From Octopus bimaculoides (lineage: Eukaryota): a stretch of 49,086 nt of DNA. This document shows positions 47,761 through 49,086 of this stretch, piece after piece. The notes beneath the pieces are model-generated. The model did no database searches, was not told the DNA's origin, and worked only from the letters and a program-made list of their open reading frames with translations. Each line of letters begins with the position of its first letter. Within the stretch, counting starts at the first letter, position 1. The stretch is from assembly GCF_001194135.2 (NCBI RefSeq), contig NC_068989.1:54971625-55020710 (forward strand). The letters are read 5' to 3'. A program made the translations under genes and the position numbers.

Positions 47761-48699
47761 ACTTTTAGGACAACAAAGACCCCGCACAAGAATGTATTCA
47801 AAAATGAAGTTACCTACATCTCTAATAAGCTCTCCAACCTAAAAAGACTAAATATTATGATTTATACACCCTTTTCATTCAATATTTAGCCCCAAAATGC
47901 TTGAGCACTCATGGCTTTCGCCCATAAGCATTTCCCTATTAAACATAAGTGTAGAAAGTTATTTAGTAATCTCAAAATTCCAAAACAAGACCGTTAGATA
48001 AGTTTTGTAATGTAGAAACCATTATTTAAGAAGCAGAACATATCTCTATCAAGACATATCATGGTATGACACGCGAATGTTACATAGGCATCACTTATGA
48101 TAAATTCAAACACAAATACTACAACCATAATTCCACTTTTTAAACATATTAGAAAGAAAAGCGTGGCAAAATCTCGGCAATTAAAAAAAAATGCCTCCAA
48201 TTACAATATAAAATGAAAGATCAAAATTGTTGAAGAATGGATATCAAAGCTATGATTCTTGAGTAAAAGTAAAAAGGAAAAAAAGAGAGATAGAAGAAAG
48301 CGTCGTTAAAAATCTGAGCATCTACATAAATGTTAGGTCTAACATCTTTCAAAAATGTCGATACTTAGAAAAACACATATGAAACTGGACTATTCCACCT
48401 AACGTACCTGTATATAAAATTAATTATTAACACTTGCCTTCACACACACACATATACATGCCTATACTGAGTAGCTCACAGATTTCACGTGAACAGGCTG
48501 CGTCTAGAAAGTCGGAGTCAATACAAGAAAGAGCAGAGTGAATGAAATTTATTAATGAATACTACCAGACAGTTGTTTGTTGCAGGTGGAATCGTCAGGT
48601 AGAGGCTTAGTTGTCGACTCATTTGAAAGTATCTGGTGGCTGCGTGTATATGCTTCCTCAAGATGATTTCGGACCATATATATACATATATATATATAT

Positions 48700-49086
48700 A
48701 ATCTTTCCAGAAGAGATCTTAACAATGATAAAACCCAACTTCTGTTGAAAGGCCTGAAATTTACACCTACACCAACAGTCAACCACCATGAACTAAAGGA
48801 AGATATCCAGAAATTCTGTCGCAAATTACGACTTGTCGAATTCTTCACCACCAATATTAATAATAAAAATAATAATGAAACCGAAGATTCTTTAGTGAGG
48901 AATAAATCAAATTTCACCCCACCAAAAGGCAGAAATATCTACCTTGACCAATATATCGACACCCTATCAAACTTCCCCCTAAAACAAAATACCAAAATTA
49001 GGCCGAACATTAACAAATCAGAGATATCTGCACTTAAACGCATACAAAACGATGAAACAATAATAATTAAACAAGCAGATAAAGGG
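48700..49086 (+). mobile_element. Penelope-like element ORF, N-terminal (pre-RT) region, open to the window edge
   Basis: 129 uninterrupted codons: NLSRRDLNNDKTQLLLKGLKFTPTPTVNHHELKEDIQKFCRKLRLVEFF...NKSNFTPPKGRNIYLDQYID...NINKSEISALKRIQNDETIIIKQADKG. NLS..L......LL.KGL.F.PTP and N....E..AL..L..D..III..ADKG are hallmark PLE motifs. Absent from the ORF track (no start, no stop). Confidence 0.92.

Noticed and set aside
48572-48699. Acceptor TTGTTTGTTGCAG at 48585 in the same frame as the Penelope ORF
   Set aside because: An in-frame TGA at 48664 and the intervening (TA)n argue against it being the element's spliced 5' end.
1-49086. CRISPR-like or operon-like organisation
   Set aside because: Repeats are dispersed, diverged SINEs and microsatellites in eukaryotic DNA; no regularly spaced repeat-spacer array or prokaryotic genes.

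Overview
AT-rich, microsatellite-dense animal genomic DNA from a gapped draft assembly (about 15 N-runs, most flanked by simple repeats). The SINE families and repeat landscape point to an octopus (Cephalopoda); this is inferred from recognised repeat families, not from a search. No complete host protein-coding gene can be supported. Every long entry in the ORF track crosses an N-gap or a microsatellite, or comes from a transposon. The window holds more than 35 tRNA-derived SINE copies of four families and three Penelope-like retroelement pieces: one with a type I hammerhead ribozyme fold at 121-178, one GIY-YIG endonuclease remnant, and one uninterrupted N-terminal ORF running off the right edge. 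It also holds RTE, R4/Dong and probably L1/Tx1 LINE remnants, three Tc1/mariner elements (reconstructed DD37E, DD36E and DD34D), a Helentron-type non-autonomous element, and two copies of a Helitron-like element carrying a captured SINE. A candidate minus-strand promoter/first exon lies at about 21.0-21.15 kb. SINE and LINE boundaries are approximate (about 10-20 bp).
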